Shown: piece after piece, positions 1 to 9,564 of the stretch
Position numbering within the stretch: position 1 is the first letter of the stretch
How the letters are laid out: each line of letters starts with the position of its first letter
Assembly (NCBI GenBank): GCA_045863235.1
Contig: BTUM01000014.1
Span: 32,001 to 96,000, forward strand
Length of the DNA stretch: 64,000 nucleotides
Reading direction: 5' to 3'
From: Candidatus Xenobia bacterium
GTDB taxonomy: Bacteria > Vulcanimicrobiota > Xenobia > Xenobiales > QWHO01
Made by a program: the position numbers and the translations under genes
The notes under the pieces: generated by a model
Database searches by the model: none
What the model saw: the letters and a program-made list of their open reading frames with translations, nothing else
Told to the model about the DNA's origin: nothing

Positions 1-182
1 GCGGCCACGTACTCGTCGTAGGCCTGGGCCAGGAAGAGGCGGATCTTGTCCTGCTCGACCTGCAGGCAGAAGTTGTCGCGGTCGAGGCGGATGGGACGCT
101 CGTCGCCGGCTCGCCGGATGGCGTTGAGCAGGCTGGTTGCGAACGTCTCGCGATTGGGGGCTCCGAACAGGTTGCCGTACAT
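1..182 (-). CDS. Hypothetical protein, 5' part (runs off the window start)
   Basis: Not in the ORF track. Read manually as MYGNLFGAPNRETFATSLLNAIRRAGDERPIRLDRDNF..., open to position 1, with SD AAGGAGG just upstream of the ATG. Confidence 0.7.
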   Translation of the reverse strand, partial: MYGNLFGAPNRETFATSLLNAIRRAGDERPIRLDRDNFCLQVEQDKIRLFLAQAYDEYVA

Positions 183-322
183 CAGTTCCTCCTTGGGGGG
201 CAGGGCAATTCTCCCCCCGGGCCCCAGATCCTCCGGTCGGAACGCACAGTGAGCGACCAGTTCGCCGTACTGCAGTTAAAGTGCACTCTACAACGTGCCA
301 AAACTACGCTCCGGCGCGCACA

Positions 323-1471
323 TTAGCGCGGCTTGAGCACGATGGGAGGGACTTCGGCCGTCAGCGGATCACCCTTGAGAGGGATCTCCTTGAGATGCTC
401 CTCGCGATAACCTGGCATGCTGGCGGTGATCTCCACCCGAGCCGGCAGGCGAGAGCTCTGGAAGTTCATTTCGACCTGAAAATCGCCCTCCTGGCTGAGC
501 TTGAGCTGCTCGCCCTGGCGGGTTACATCCAGAGGGATCTGGGGCAGGTGGATGGTCAGCCGTGCGTCTCGTGGGGCTCCGCTGACATCCCCGAGGCGCA
601 GACGGCCCCGCACCAGCACTTTGACGTCGTGTAACTTGAGCTGAGCCGTCTGAGATGTGCTCGAGGGCGAGTTGGACCGGCTCTGATAGACCCAGACCAC
701 CAGGCCCACCAGGATCAGAGCCCCGATGGCCAGGAAACGCCAGGATGAAGTCGGGGTGTGGGTCGGGTAGGAGCGACGAGGCTCGGGGGCCGTTCGCGGC
801 CCTGACCCGGCATCTCTGCCCGGCCGGGAAAGGGAACCCGAGGGCGGACCAGCAGCCTCCCGGCCCGGCGGGGGCCGAGAAGAGACGCCCGAGGGAGAGC
901 CAGCGGCCTCCCGGCCCGGTGGCGGCCGAGAAGAGACGCCCGAGGGCGGGCCAGAGGCCTCCCTGCCTGGCTGCGGCCGAGACAAGGCGCCCGAGGGCGG
1001 GCCAGCACCCGGCCGAGAGGAGACGCCCGAGGGCGGGCCGGCTCCCGGCCGAGAAGAGACGCCCGATGGCGGGCCACCGGCCTGTGGCGGCCGAGAAGAG
1101 ACGCCCGAGGGCGGGCCACCGGCCTCCCTGCCCGGCGGTCGAGAGAAGGTGCCCGAAGGCGGCCCCGACGCGGAGGGCCTGGTAGGCTTCAGCGCCTCCT
1201 CCAGAGCCTGATCGAGCTGCGGTCGGGCCGACTTGGACCCGGGATCGGGTGCGGGGGGAGACTTCTTCTCGAAGACCTCGCTGAAGTCCACCATGGCGGG
1301 CGGCCGTGGAAGAGGCTGGGCGGGAGCAGCCGGGTCGGCCGGTGCCAGAGTCTCGATCTTCCAGCCAGCGGCCACCAGGTCCTCGCGGGCCAGGCGATGG
1401 TCGAGCGCCTCCAGAACTCCGGTCTTGAGCCCACCGTGTTGGTCACGAAGTCGGTAGGAGAACTTGGGCAC
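323..1471 (-). CDS. Membrane protein: PilC/GspF-like N-terminal segment, Pro/Gly/Ser repeat linker, one TM helix, C-terminal beta-rich domain
   Basis: GTG start gives (M)PKFSYRLRDQHGGLKTGVLEA, resembling PilC/GspF N-termini. TM is FLAIGALILVGLVVWVY. The longer ORF start overlaps the permease. Confidence 0.65.
   Translation of the reverse strand: MPKFSYRLRDQHGGLKTGVLEALDHRLAREDLVAAGWKIETLAPADPAAPAQPLPRPPAMVDFSEVFEKKSPPAPDPGSKSARPQLDQALEEALKPTRPSASGPPSGTFSRPPGREAGGPPSGVSSRPPQAGGPPSGVSSRPGAGPPSGVSSRPGAGPPSGALSRPQPGREASGPPSGVSSRPPPGREAAGSPSGVSSRPPPGREAAGPPSGSLSRPGRDAGSGPRTAPEPRRSYPTHTPTSSWRFLAIGALILVGLVVWVYQSRSNSPSSTSQTAQLKLHDVKVLVRGRLRLGDVSGAPRDARLTIHLPQIPLDVTRQGEQLKLSQEGDFQVEMNFQSSRLPARVEITASMPGYREEHLKEIPLKGDPLTAEVPPIVLKPR
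820..1166 (-). repeat. Coding tandem repeat, 8 copies of GPPSGVSSRP-like unit
   Basis: Counted in the translation. The DNA unit (ggccgagaagagacgcccgagggcggg-like) recurs. Confidence 0.9.
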
Positions 1472-1506
1472 GTCGGCTGATTCTTCGTGGAGGAGAAGGA
1501 GCAGTC

Positions 1507-2841
1507 CTATGGATGCCAGAGGATGCTGATCACGAAGAGGATCGCCATCACCCAGGTGGTGGCCATGATCTCCCGGACCCGCCCGGTGCAGATCTTCAAG
1601 ATCACGTAGCTCAGGATCCCCCAGATCAAGCCGTGGGCGATGCTGAAGGTGAACGGCATCATGACCATGGTCAAGAAAGCGGGCAGGGCCTCGGTCATGT
1701 CCTCCAGGTCCAGGTCGCGGATCGGCTCGAGCATGAGGAAACCGACCAGGATGAGAATGGGAGCGGTCGCCGCGGCGGGGATCACGGAGGCCAGGGGCGA
1801 GAGCACGGTGGCTGCCAGGAAGCACAGACCGGTGCACACCGCCGCCAGGCCGGTGCGCCCCCCTTCGGCGATGCCCGTAGCGCTCTCGATGTAGACCGTG
1901 GTGGTGGAGGTGCCCACGGCCGATCCGAACACGATCGAGCTGGCATCGGCCACCAGGGCCCGGGAAAGCCCGGGGAAGGTCTGGCGCTCGCGGTCGATCC
2001 AGCCCAGCTTGGTGGTCAGACCGACCAGGGTGCCGGCGGTATCGAAGATGGACACGAACGTGAAGGTGAACACGATGAAGAGAAGGCCGCGATTCCAGGC
2101 TCCCGAGAGATCCAGCTGGAAGGCCACCTTGCCCAGCACCTGCGGATCAGGCCAGGCGAACAGCCTTCCGTCCGCGGGTAAGTTGGCCACGTGGCCCTCT
2201 CCACTGGGAACGAGCAGGGCCACCAGGGTGGCCGCCATGATCCCCAGAAAGAGCGCCCCTTTGACCTTGCGGGCCAGCAGAAAGGCGGTCAGCAAGAGTC
2301 CGAAGATGGCCACCAGCGCCGTGGGCGAGGTCAGGCTGGCCATGGTCACCAGCGTGGCCGGGTGGGGCACGACGATGCCGGCGTTCTTCAGCCCGATGAA
2401 GGCGACGAACATGCCGATCCCGACCGAAGTGGCCACCTTGATGTTGAACGGGATCTCCTTGAAGATGCGCTCGCGGATCGGCAGGAAGCTGAGCACCAGA
2501 AAGATGCAGCCGTCGATCAGGGTGGCTCCCAGGGCCTGTTGCCAGGTGAGACCGAGTTGCTTGACGGCGGTGTAGGTGAAGAGGGCGTTCATCCCCATGC
2601 CGGGGGCCAGGCCGAAGGGCAGGTTGGCCAGCAACCCCATCAAGATCGAGCCGAAGGCGCAGGCCAGGGCCGTGGCCATCAAGAGCGCCTGTCGGTCCAT
2701 CCCGGCGTCGCCGAGCACGGCCGGGTTGACGAACAGAATGTAAGACATCGTGATGAAGGTGGTCAGCCCGGCCAGGACCTCGATGCGGGCGCTCGAGCCC
2801 CGCTCGCTCACCTTGAAGGTGCGCTCCAGCCACGCGTTCAC
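1507..2841 (-). CDS. NCS2/AzgA-family purine permease
   Basis: EVLAGLTTFITMSYILFVNP, LAPGMGMNA and YIESATGIAEGGRTGL motifs; polytopic membrane protein. Confidence 0.92.
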   Translation of the reverse strand: MNAWLERTFKVSERGSSARIEVLAGLTTFITMSYILFVNPAVLGDAGMDRQALLMATALACAFGSILMGLLANLPFGLAPGMGMNALFTYTAVKQLGLTWQQALGATLIDGCIFLVLSFLPIRERIFKEIPFNIKVATSVGIGMFVAFIGLKNAGIVVPHPATLVTMASLTSPTALVAIFGLLLTAFLLARKVKGALFLGIMAATLVALLVPSGEGHVANLPADGRLFAWPDPQVLGKVAFQLDLSGAWNRGLLFIVFTFTFVSIFDTAGTLVGLTTKLGWIDRERQTFPGLSRALVADASSIVFGSAVGTSTTTVYIESATGIAEGGRTGLAAVCTGLCFLAATVLSPLASVIPAAATAPILILVGFLMLEPIRDLDLEDMTEALPAFLTMVMMPFTFSIAHGLIWGILSYVILKICTGRVREIMATTWVMAILFVISILWHP

Positions 2842-3662
2842 GCGGGGCGGCTCCGCAAGGTCAGGTGGCTCAGCTCCGGGGGGCAGCCCAGCCGGATGGG
2901 CGGGGATACCACCCCCAGCCCCACGTTGGTGTAAACCTGGGTGCCGCTCGCCAGGCGGTAGAGACCCATAGGATACTTGCGTCCGTGGGGAGGCAGCACC
3001 ACCGGGCCCAGCAGGGGCAGACGGACCTGTCCCCCGTGGGAGTGCCCGCTGAGCTGGAGCGGCACCCCGAAGCTGGCGGCCAGATCGGCGAAATCAGGCT
3101 CGTGGGCCAGCAGCAACCGGAACTGGTCGGCTGGAACATCCCTCAAGGCCAGAGCCAGATCGGGCCGACCGGCCCAGCAGTCGTCCACCCCCACCACCCA
3201 GAAGGCTGCCCCGCGGTGGCGCAGTTGCACGGCCCGATTGATCAGCAACTGGATGCCGTGGCGGGCAAAGCCACGCGCCAGGGGCTCTCGACCTCGCACC
3301 CACAGGTCGTGGTTGCCCAGCACCGCGTAGACGCCCAGAGGCGCTCGCAGCTCGCTGACCAGGGCCACCAGGCTGGGAGCATAGCTGGCCGACACGCTGA
3401 GAAAGTCGCCCGTGAGCACGATCATGTCGGCGCCCAAATTCCGGGCCGCCTCCAGGCCGTTGCGCAGCAGCGCCTCGGGCACCCAGGGTCCGCGATGCAG
3501 GTCGGACAACTGGGCGATGGTGATACCGTCGAGCTCGGGCGGCAGGCTGTCGAGCTCGATGGTGACGCGCCGTGTCTCGAGCCACCAGGGCTCCAGGGTC
3601 ACCCGGGCCAGGCCCAGGCCGGCCGCGGCCGCTCCCAGCTTGAAGAAGTTGCGCCGTTTCAT
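2838..3662 (-). CDS. Metallophosphoesterase (YkuE-like) with Tat-like signal
   Basis: MKRRNFFKLG start; DLH, GD, GNHD, HEPD and GHSHGGQ motifs. Confidence 0.9.
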   Translation of the reverse strand: MKRRNFFKLGAAAAGLGLARVTLEPWWLETRRVTIELDSLPPELDGITIAQLSDLHRGPWVPEALLRNGLEAARNLGADMIVLTGDFLSVSASYAPSLVALVSELRAPLGVYAVLGNHDLWVRGREPLARGFARHGIQLLINRAVQLRHRGAAFWVVGVDDCWAGRPDLALALRDVPADQFRLLLAHEPDFADLAASFGVPLQLSGHSHGGQVRLPLLGPVVLPPHGRKYPMGLYRLASGTQVYTNVGLGVVSPPIRLGCPPELSHLTLRSRPA

Positions 3663-4402
3663 GCCCCGAGCACCTGGCAAGCGATCCGGTAGTCGGCCTC
3701 TTCGTCGATGTCCACGGCCACCTCGGGATAGGACATCAGGATTCCTACCATCCGGGTGTGGAAGCGCCTGGACAGCGCGGCCGTGAACTGCTCCAGGCCC
3801 AGCTTGTGAAAGTAGTGCACTCCCAGCACGTAAGTCAGCCCCAGCTTGAGCCCCAGCGCCAGGGCCGAGCCCACCGGGCTGGTCCGGTTTCGATAGATGT
3901 TGTTGACCCGCTCCATGGCGAGCCGGTTCTGGAGCAATGAAGGGCGTACCAGAGCCAGGTTGCCGTGACAGACCGAGCCGTCGGAGAAGTGGCTGAAGTG
4001 CTTGCGCGTGGTGGCGAAAACGCCCGTGAAGCGCTCTCGGGGCACCAGGGCGAGATAGAAGTCGCCACCAGGCCTGGCCCGGCACAGGGTCAGGAACTGC
4101 TCCACCATCACCGCCCGAAGCAGCGGCTGGTCGGCGGGGGCGATCAGCACGTACTCCTCCTCGGGAAAGGCCAGCAGGGCCGCCTCGAAGCTCTGCAGGG
4201 GCTGATCCCCACCGGGCACACTTCGGTAGCCCGGGAGGGCCAGCTCACCGACGATGGCGATCTCGTCCATCCCGGACAGGGCCTCGAGCACGTAGTCGAT
4301 CAGCCGGCGCCCCCCGATCTCGAGGGTCGCCTTGGGCCCTGGCTGGTAACCGGGATAAAGAGACCGGGTATTGATCCCTCCGGCCAGGACGATGGCCCGC
4401 AT
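3659..4402 (-). CDS. NTP-transferase domain protein (MobA-like)
   Basis: AIVLAGG...KA.L.IGGRRLIDYV N-terminus and C-terminal DID motif. Confidence 0.75.
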   Translation of the reverse strand: MRAIVLAGGINTRSLYPGYQPGPKATLEIGGRRLIDYVLEALSGMDEIAIVGELALPGYRSVPGGDQPLQSFEAALLAFPEEEYVLIAPADQPLLRAVMVEQFLTLCRARPGGDFYLALVPRERFTGVFATTRKHFSHFSDGSVCHGNLALVRPSLLQNRLAMERVNNIYRNRTSPVGSALALGLKLGLTYVLGVHYFHKLGLEQFTAALSRRFHTRMVGILMSYPEVAVDIDEEADYRIACQVLGA

Positions 4403-5004
4403 CAGCGCAGGTTGGCCTTCAGCTCCAAGGCAATGGCCTTCAGGTCGGCCGCAATCATGGCGGCATCGGCCCGATCCACGCCGCTGGAAACCAGGATCGC
4501 CTGGGCCGAGGCGATGACCGCCTGCAACTCGGATGGAGGGATGTTGGCGCTGTTGAGCACGGCGTTGATGTCGTTCATGAGCTGGTACATCTCCTTCTGG
4601 GAGATGGTCGAGTCCACCATGGCCTCGCTGAGATGGTTGGCCAGCGTTTGCACGCTCTGCTGGGAAGGTCTCGTGGTCCCCTCGGCCAGGGTCATCAGGT
4701 CAGAGGCCAGTTGCTGCTTCTGGGCCGGGGTGACCTGCGAGCCCGCTTTCAGGGCCATCAGGTCGCTCTGCAGCTTGGCCACGTTCTGCTGCTGGGTGGC
4801 CGACATCTCGGGGCGCTTGAGCTCGCCGGCCGTCGGGCGGGCGGTTGGGGTAGCCGTGGGGCGAGTCGTGGGCATCGCCGTGGGAGTCGTCGTGGGACGA
4901 GCCGTAGGGGTCGTCGCAGGGCGGTCGGGGCGGTCGGGACGATCCGGTCGCGCCCACGCCAGGCCCGCCAGGATCAGGCAGATCATCAGCACCCATCGCA
5001 GCAT
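4402..5004 (-). CDS. Secreted hypothetical protein with Thr/Pro-rich linker
   Basis: Signal peptide MLRWVLMICLILAGLAWA, then TTPTARPT repeats and a helical domain. Confidence 0.65.
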   Translation of the reverse strand: MLRWVLMICLILAGLAWARPDRPDRPDRPATTPTARPTTTPTAMPTTRPTATPTARPTAGELKRPEMSATQQQNVAKLQSDLMALKAGSQVTPAQKQQLASDLMTLAEGTTRPSQQSVQTLANHLSEAMVDSTISQKEMYQLMNDINAVLNSANIPPSELQAVIASAQAILVSSGVDRADAAMIAADLKAIALELKANLR

Positions 5005-5203
5005 GACCTGGGGTTCGCAAACCCTCGGGCGGGCTCCTCTGGCGTGCGGCGCAAATGACTTCGCGCTCAATTCTCAACCGGGTTGAGCTTCACCCACAAC
5101 ACCTTGGAAGCTGTTCGTGGCACCGTCCATGCGCGAAGTTGGAGGGAGCGGAACCAGCCCGGCTCGAAGGCGCTCACGACCCCAGCGACAGGAGGCACAT
5201 GCC

Positions 5204-6646
5204 ATGGCGGAGACAGCCTTGAAGCACCACCAGATGTTCATCGACGGCCAGTGGGCCGACTCGGCAGGAGGCGCCAGCGAGGAGGTCCTCAACCCGGCCA
5301 CCGAGCAGGGCCTGGCCCAGGTTTTCAAGGGCACCTCCCAGGACGTGGAGCGGGCCGTCCAGGCCGCCGGCAAGGCCTTCGAGAAATGGTCCCAGTTCAC
5401 CCCGGCCGACCGGGCCACGGCCCTCTTGAAGCTGGCCGACCGGATCGACGAGCACGCCGAGGAGCTGGCCCAGCTCGAATCGGCCAACGTGGGCAAGCCG
5501 ATCAGCTACTCCCGGGGCGAAGTGCCCTTCATGAGCGACAACCTGCGCTTTTTTGCGGGAGCCGCCAGGCTGATGGAAGGGCGGGCCGCGGGCGAGTACA
5601 TGGCCGACCACACCAGCTGGATCCGCCGCGAGCCGGTGGGCGTGGTGGCCTCCATCGCCCCCTGGAACTATCCCCTGATGATGGCCGTTTGGAAGATCGC
5701 GCCCGCCCTGGCGGCCGGGAACACGGTGGTGCTCAAACCGTCCGAGCAGACCCCCCTGACCACCCTGCGCCTGGCCGAGCTGGCCGCCGACCTCTTCCCC
5801 CCGGGCGTGCTCAACGTGATCACGGGCCACGGCGACGTGGGGGCGGCCATGGTGGCCCATCCTCGGGTGGCCATGGTGTCGTTGACCGGGGATACCTCCA
5901 CCGGCAAGAAGGTGGCCCGGGCCGCGGCCGACAACCTCAAGCGGGTCCACCTCGAGCTGGGCGGCAAGGCCCCGGTGCTGGTCTTCGATGACGCCGACCT
6001 CGAGTATGTAGCCGGCACCCTGCGCACGGCCGGTTTCTACAACACCGGGCAAGACTGCACCGCGGCCACTCGCATCTACGCCTCGGGCAAGGTCTACGAC
6101 AAGCTGCTCGAACAGTTGATTCCCAAAGTGTCCACCTTGAAGGTCGGGGACGTTGGCTCGGAAGACTCCGAGATGGGTCCGCTCATCTCGCGCTCCCAGC
6201 AAGAGCGCGTGAATGGCTTTGTGGAGCGGGCCCGAGAGCAAAAGCACGTGGATGTTCTGCTGGGTGGCAGCATTCCCGACGGGCGCGGCTACTACTTCCA
6301 GCCGACCATCCTGGGCGGAGTGGAGCAAAAGGACGAGGTCGTGCAGCGGGAGATCTTCGGGCCCGTGCTGACGGTGACCCGCTTTGCCTCCGACGAGGAA
6401 GCCATCGCCCATGCCAACGATACCGATTACGGCCTGGCCTCCTCGGTCTGGACGCGGGACGTCAACCGGGCCTTGCGGGCCTCGAGAGCCCTTCGCTTTG
6501 GATGCGTGTGGATCAACACCCACATGTCGCTGGTCAGCGAGATGCCTCACGGCGGCTTCAAGCAGTCCGGCTACGGCAAGGACCTCTCGATGTACGGGCT
6601 GGAAGATTACACCGTCGTCAAGCACGTGATGGCGCGGTTCGGCTGA
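5204..6646 (+). CDS. patD: Gamma-aminobutyraldehyde dehydrogenase (aldehyde dehydrogenase family)
   Basis: [27 protein letters not shown] and [17 protein letters not shown] motifs; GGAGG SD. Confidence 0.85.
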   Translation: MAETALKHHQMFIDGQWADSAGGASEEVLNPATEQGLAQVFKGTSQDVERAVQAAGKAFEKWSQFTPADRATALLKLADRIDEHAEELAQLESANVGKPISYSRGEVPFMSDNLRFFAGAARLMEGRAAGEYMADHTSWIRREPVGVVASIAPWNYPLMMAVWKIAPALAAGNTVVLKPSEQTPLTTLRLAELAADLFPPGVLNVITGHGDVGAAMVAHPRVAMVSLTGDTSTGKKVARAAADNLKRVHLELGGKAPVLVFDDADLEYVAGTLRTAGFYNTGQDCTAATRIYASGKVYDKLLEQLIPKVSTLKVGDVGSEDSEMGPLISRSQQERVNGFVERAREQKHVDVLLGGSIPDGRGYYFQPTILGGVEQKDEVVQREIFGPVLTVTRFASDEEAIAHANDTDYGLASSVWTRDVNRALRASRALRFGCVWINTHMSLVSEMPHGGFKQSGYGKDLSMYGLEDYTVVKHVMARFG

Positions 6647-7959
6647 TGGGCGCCATCTCGCTCAGGACCGAGGTGCCGGGGCCGGTCAGCCGGGCACTCT
6701 ACGAAAGGCTGCAGGCGGCCACTCCCCGCTCGGTGGGGCACACCACCCCGATCGCAGTGGCCCACGCCGAGGGCGCCCGCATCACCGACGTGGACGGGAA
6801 CGTGCTGCTCGACTTCGGAGGCGGCATCGGCGTGGTCAATGTAGGCCACCGGGCCAAGCGCGTGGTGGCCGCCCTGCACGATCAGGCCGACCGCTACCTG
6901 CACCAATGCTTTCAGGTCATGGTGTACGAGCCTTACATCGAGCTGTGTGAGCGGCTCAACCGCCTCACCCCCGGCTCGTTCGCCAAGAAGAGCGTGCTCT
7001 TCAACAGCGGGGCCGAGGCCGTCGAGAACGCGGTCAAGGTCGCCCGCTCAGCCACCGGTCGACGGGCCGTGCTGGCCTTCGACCGCGCCTTCCACGGGCG
7101 AACGCTGCTGGCCCTGGGACTGACCGGCCAGGTCCAGCCCTACAAGGCCGGCTTCGGGCCTTTCCCGGCCGACATCGTGCGCTTGCCAGTCCCCTATTGC
7201 TATCGCTGCCCCCACCAGCGCACTCCGTGCTGTCAACTCGAGCTCTCCGCCCTGGAAGACCTGGTCCGCTCCCACGTGGCGCCGGACGAGGTAGCGGCCC
7301 TGATCGTGGAGCCGGTGCTGGGCGAGGGGGGATTCATCGTGCCGCCCGAGGGCTATTTGACCAACCTGCAAGCCTTCTGTCGCAAGCACGGCATCGTGTT
7401 CATCGCCGACGAGGTGCAGAGCGGCTTCGGGCGCACCGGTCGCTGGTTTGCCTCCGAGCACTTCGGAATCGAGCCCGATCTGGTCACCATGGCCAAGTCG
7501 CTGGCCGGAGGCACGGTGCTGAGCGCGGTCACCGGGCGCGCCGAACTGCTGGACGCGCCCGGCCCGGGCGGCCTGGGAGGCACCTACGGGGGCTCACCGA
7601 TGGCCTGCCGGGCGGCCCTGGCCACCCTGGCCACCCTGGAGCAGGACGGGCTGCTGCCGCGAGCCGAGGAGATCGGCCGCCGCCTCGTCGAGCGGGGACG
7701 CACCTGGCAGCAACGCTTTCCCTTCATCGGAGAGGTGCGCGGGCTGGGGGCCATGGTGGCCCTGGAGCTGGTGGAGGCCGACAAGGCCCCGGCCAGCGAC
7801 CGTGCCGCCCGGGTGCTCAAGCGCTGCTACGAGCGAGGGCTGATCCTCCTCAAAGCGGGGGCCGGCGCCAACGTGCTGCGCTTCTTGATGCCGCTCTCCA
7901 TCGCATGGGAGGAACTCGATGAGGGCCTGGATGTGCTCGAGGCCGTGCTCAGCGAATGA
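6646..7959 (+). CDS. gabT: 4-aminobutyrate aminotransferase (class III PLP)
   Basis: NSGAEAVENAVK, FHGRT, DEVQSGFGRTG, AKSLAGG and GGTYGG motifs; start overlaps the upstream stop (TGATG). Confidence 0.88.
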   Translation: MGAISLRTEVPGPVSRALYERLQAATPRSVGHTTPIAVAHAEGARITDVDGNVLLDFGGGIGVVNVGHRAKRVVAALHDQADRYLHQCFQVMVYEPYIELCERLNRLTPGSFAKKSVLFNSGAEAVENAVKVARSATGRRAVLAFDRAFHGRTLLALGLTGQVQPYKAGFGPFPADIVRLPVPYCYRCPHQRTPCCQLELSALEDLVRSHVAPDEVAALIVEPVLGEGGFIVPPEGYLTNLQAFCRKHGIVFIADEVQSGFGRTGRWFASEHFGIEPDLVTMAKSLAGGTVLSAVTGRAELLDAPGPGGLGGTYGGSPMACRAALATLATLEQDGLLPRAEEIGRRLVERGRTWQQRFPFIGEVRGLGAMVALELVEADKAPASDRAARVLKRCYERGLILLKAGAGANVLRFLMPLSIAWEELDEGLDVLEAVLSE

Positions 7960-8584
7960 AGTAGGGCCCCGGTTGCAGCACCGGCCGCACGATGGGCGGA
8001 CTGACCGTGTTGAAGACCGGGTAGCCGGTGATGGCCGGTGGACCGCTGGGCAGGCCGGGCATGAAGCCTGGATAGGTGTTGGGATAGACCGCCCGCACCC
8101 CGGGCACCACCCGGGCCCCGGCCGGGTAGAATGGGCCATAGTTGTTGCAGTTGCCATACCAGGGCTGGCCATAGCCGTAACCCCAACCCCAGTAGGGTGC
8201 GGTTGGCAGCACCGTGGAGGCGAAGGCTCCCCCGCCCCCGCCCGGGCTCATGGTCTTGTTGGGACCAGGAGAGTACGTCTGGCTGTAAGTTTGCACGCGC
8301 TGCACAGGCTGGCGAGCGGTCTCCATCGGCTGGGGGGCGTAATTTTGCATCACCGGCTGGGCGGAGGGAGCCGGGCTGGAGTACTCTACGTTCGACTGGC
8401 CCAGATCGTATTCTTTGAAGGCTGGCTGTCGCTTCAGGGGCCGCTTCTTCTTGGGCCGGAAGTCCTTGATGACGATGGTCTTGTTGCCCTGAGCATCGGT
8501 GCGGGTCTGGGTCACGAGGCCCTTCTCGGCCCAGGCGCCCGCGCTCAAGGTGCAGATCATGAGGGCGGTCACGAAGCGCTTCAT
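7949..8584 (-). CDS. Secreted low-complexity (P/G/Y-rich) hypothetical protein
   Basis: Signal peptide MKRFVTALMICTLSAGAWA; ATGA-coupled to the upstream gene. Confidence 0.65.
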   Translation of the reverse strand: MKRFVTALMICTLSAGAWAEKGLVTQTRTDAQGNKTIVIKDFRPKKKRPLKRQPAFKEYDLGQSNVEYSSPAPSAQPVMQNYAPQPMETARQPVQRVQTYSQTYSPGPNKTMSPGGGGGAFASTVLPTAPYWGWGYGYGQPWYGNCNNYGPFYPAGARVVPGVRAVYPNTYPGFMPGLPSGPPAITGYPVFNTVSPPIVRPVLQPGPYFIR

Positions 8585-9564
8585 GCTGATAGTGTACTAC
8601 TTCCGTAGCGAAGTCGCAACTCTTGAACGATCTCCTCCAGCACCGCCGGCATGGGGGCCGTAAAATCGAGCGTCTGGCCGGTGATCGGGTGCTGCAGCTC
8701 CAACCGACAGCAGTGGAGCGCCTGGCCTTCCAGTCCGAATGGATTGGGCCGCTTGCCGTAGGTCGGGTCGCCGACCAGGGGATGGCCCAGCCAGGTCAGG
8801 TGGACCCGGATCTGGTGGGTTCGTCCCGTGTGCAGATGGCACTCCAGCAACGCATACTGGCTGGCGAAGCTTTCCTTGACGTCATAATCGGTGCGCGCGT
8901 CGCGCCCGCCGGCCACCACCGCCATGCGCTTACGGTCAATGCGATGACGGGCGATCGGCTGCTCGATCCGTCCCCGCGCAGGGGAAGGAGCCCCGTGCAC
9001 CAGGGCCTGGTAGACTTTGATCACGCTGCGATCCTGAAACTGCTGCTGGAGGCGAAAGTGGGCCTGGTCGTGCTTGGCGACGACCATCAGACCCGAGGTG
9101 TTCTTGTCCAGGCGGTGCACGATGCCCGGCCGCTCCACACCCCGAATGCCAGACAAATCGCGGCAGTGGGCCAGCAAAGCGTTGACCAGGGTGCCGCCGG
9201 GGGCCCCCGAGCCGGGATGGACGGTGAGTCCCCGCTGCTTGTTGAGCACCAGGATGTGCCCGTCCTCGTACACGATGTCGAGCGGGATGCCCTCTTCTGG
9301 CTCGGGCTCGGCCGGGACCGTGGGAGGAATCTCCACCAGCACCTGCCAGCCGGCCTTGAGCCGGGTGGAGGACCTGGGATGCTGATTGGCCAGAATCACG
9401 CGGCCCGACTCGATCCAATCTTGAATCTGCGAGCGCGAGCACTCCAGCCGGCTCACCAGAAAGTGATCCAGCCGCGCGCCGACGTCCTCGGGCCCGACCT
9501 GGAAGCTGCACACGCTGGGCTCGGGCTTGATGTCCTCAGGGCGGGTGAAGAAATCGTCCGTCAT
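8581..9564 (-). CDS. rluD: RluA/RluD-family pseudouridine synthase
   Basis: S4 domain (RLDHFL), RPGIVHRLDKNTSG, TGRTHQIRVH and GDPTYG motifs. Confidence 0.9.
   Translation of the reverse strand: MTDDFFTRPEDIKPEPSVCSFQVGPEDVGARLDHFLVSRLECSRSQIQDWIESGRVILANQHPRSSTRLKAGWQVLVEIPPTVPAEPEPEEGIPLDIVYEDGHILVLNKQRGLTVHPGSGAPGGTLVNALLAHCRDLSGIRGVERPGIVHRLDKNTSGLMVVAKHDQAHFRLQQQFQDRSVIKVYQALVHGAPSPARGRIEQPIARHRIDRKRMAVVAGGRDARTDYDVKESFASQYALLECHLHTGRTHQIRVHLTWLGHPLVGDPTYGKRPNPFGLEGQALHCCRLELQHPITGQTLDFTAPMPAVLEEIVQELRLRYGSSTLSA

Noticed and set aside
820..1166. Repeats as a possible CRISPR array
   Set aside because: In-frame degenerate coding repeats with no unique spacers and no cas genes.
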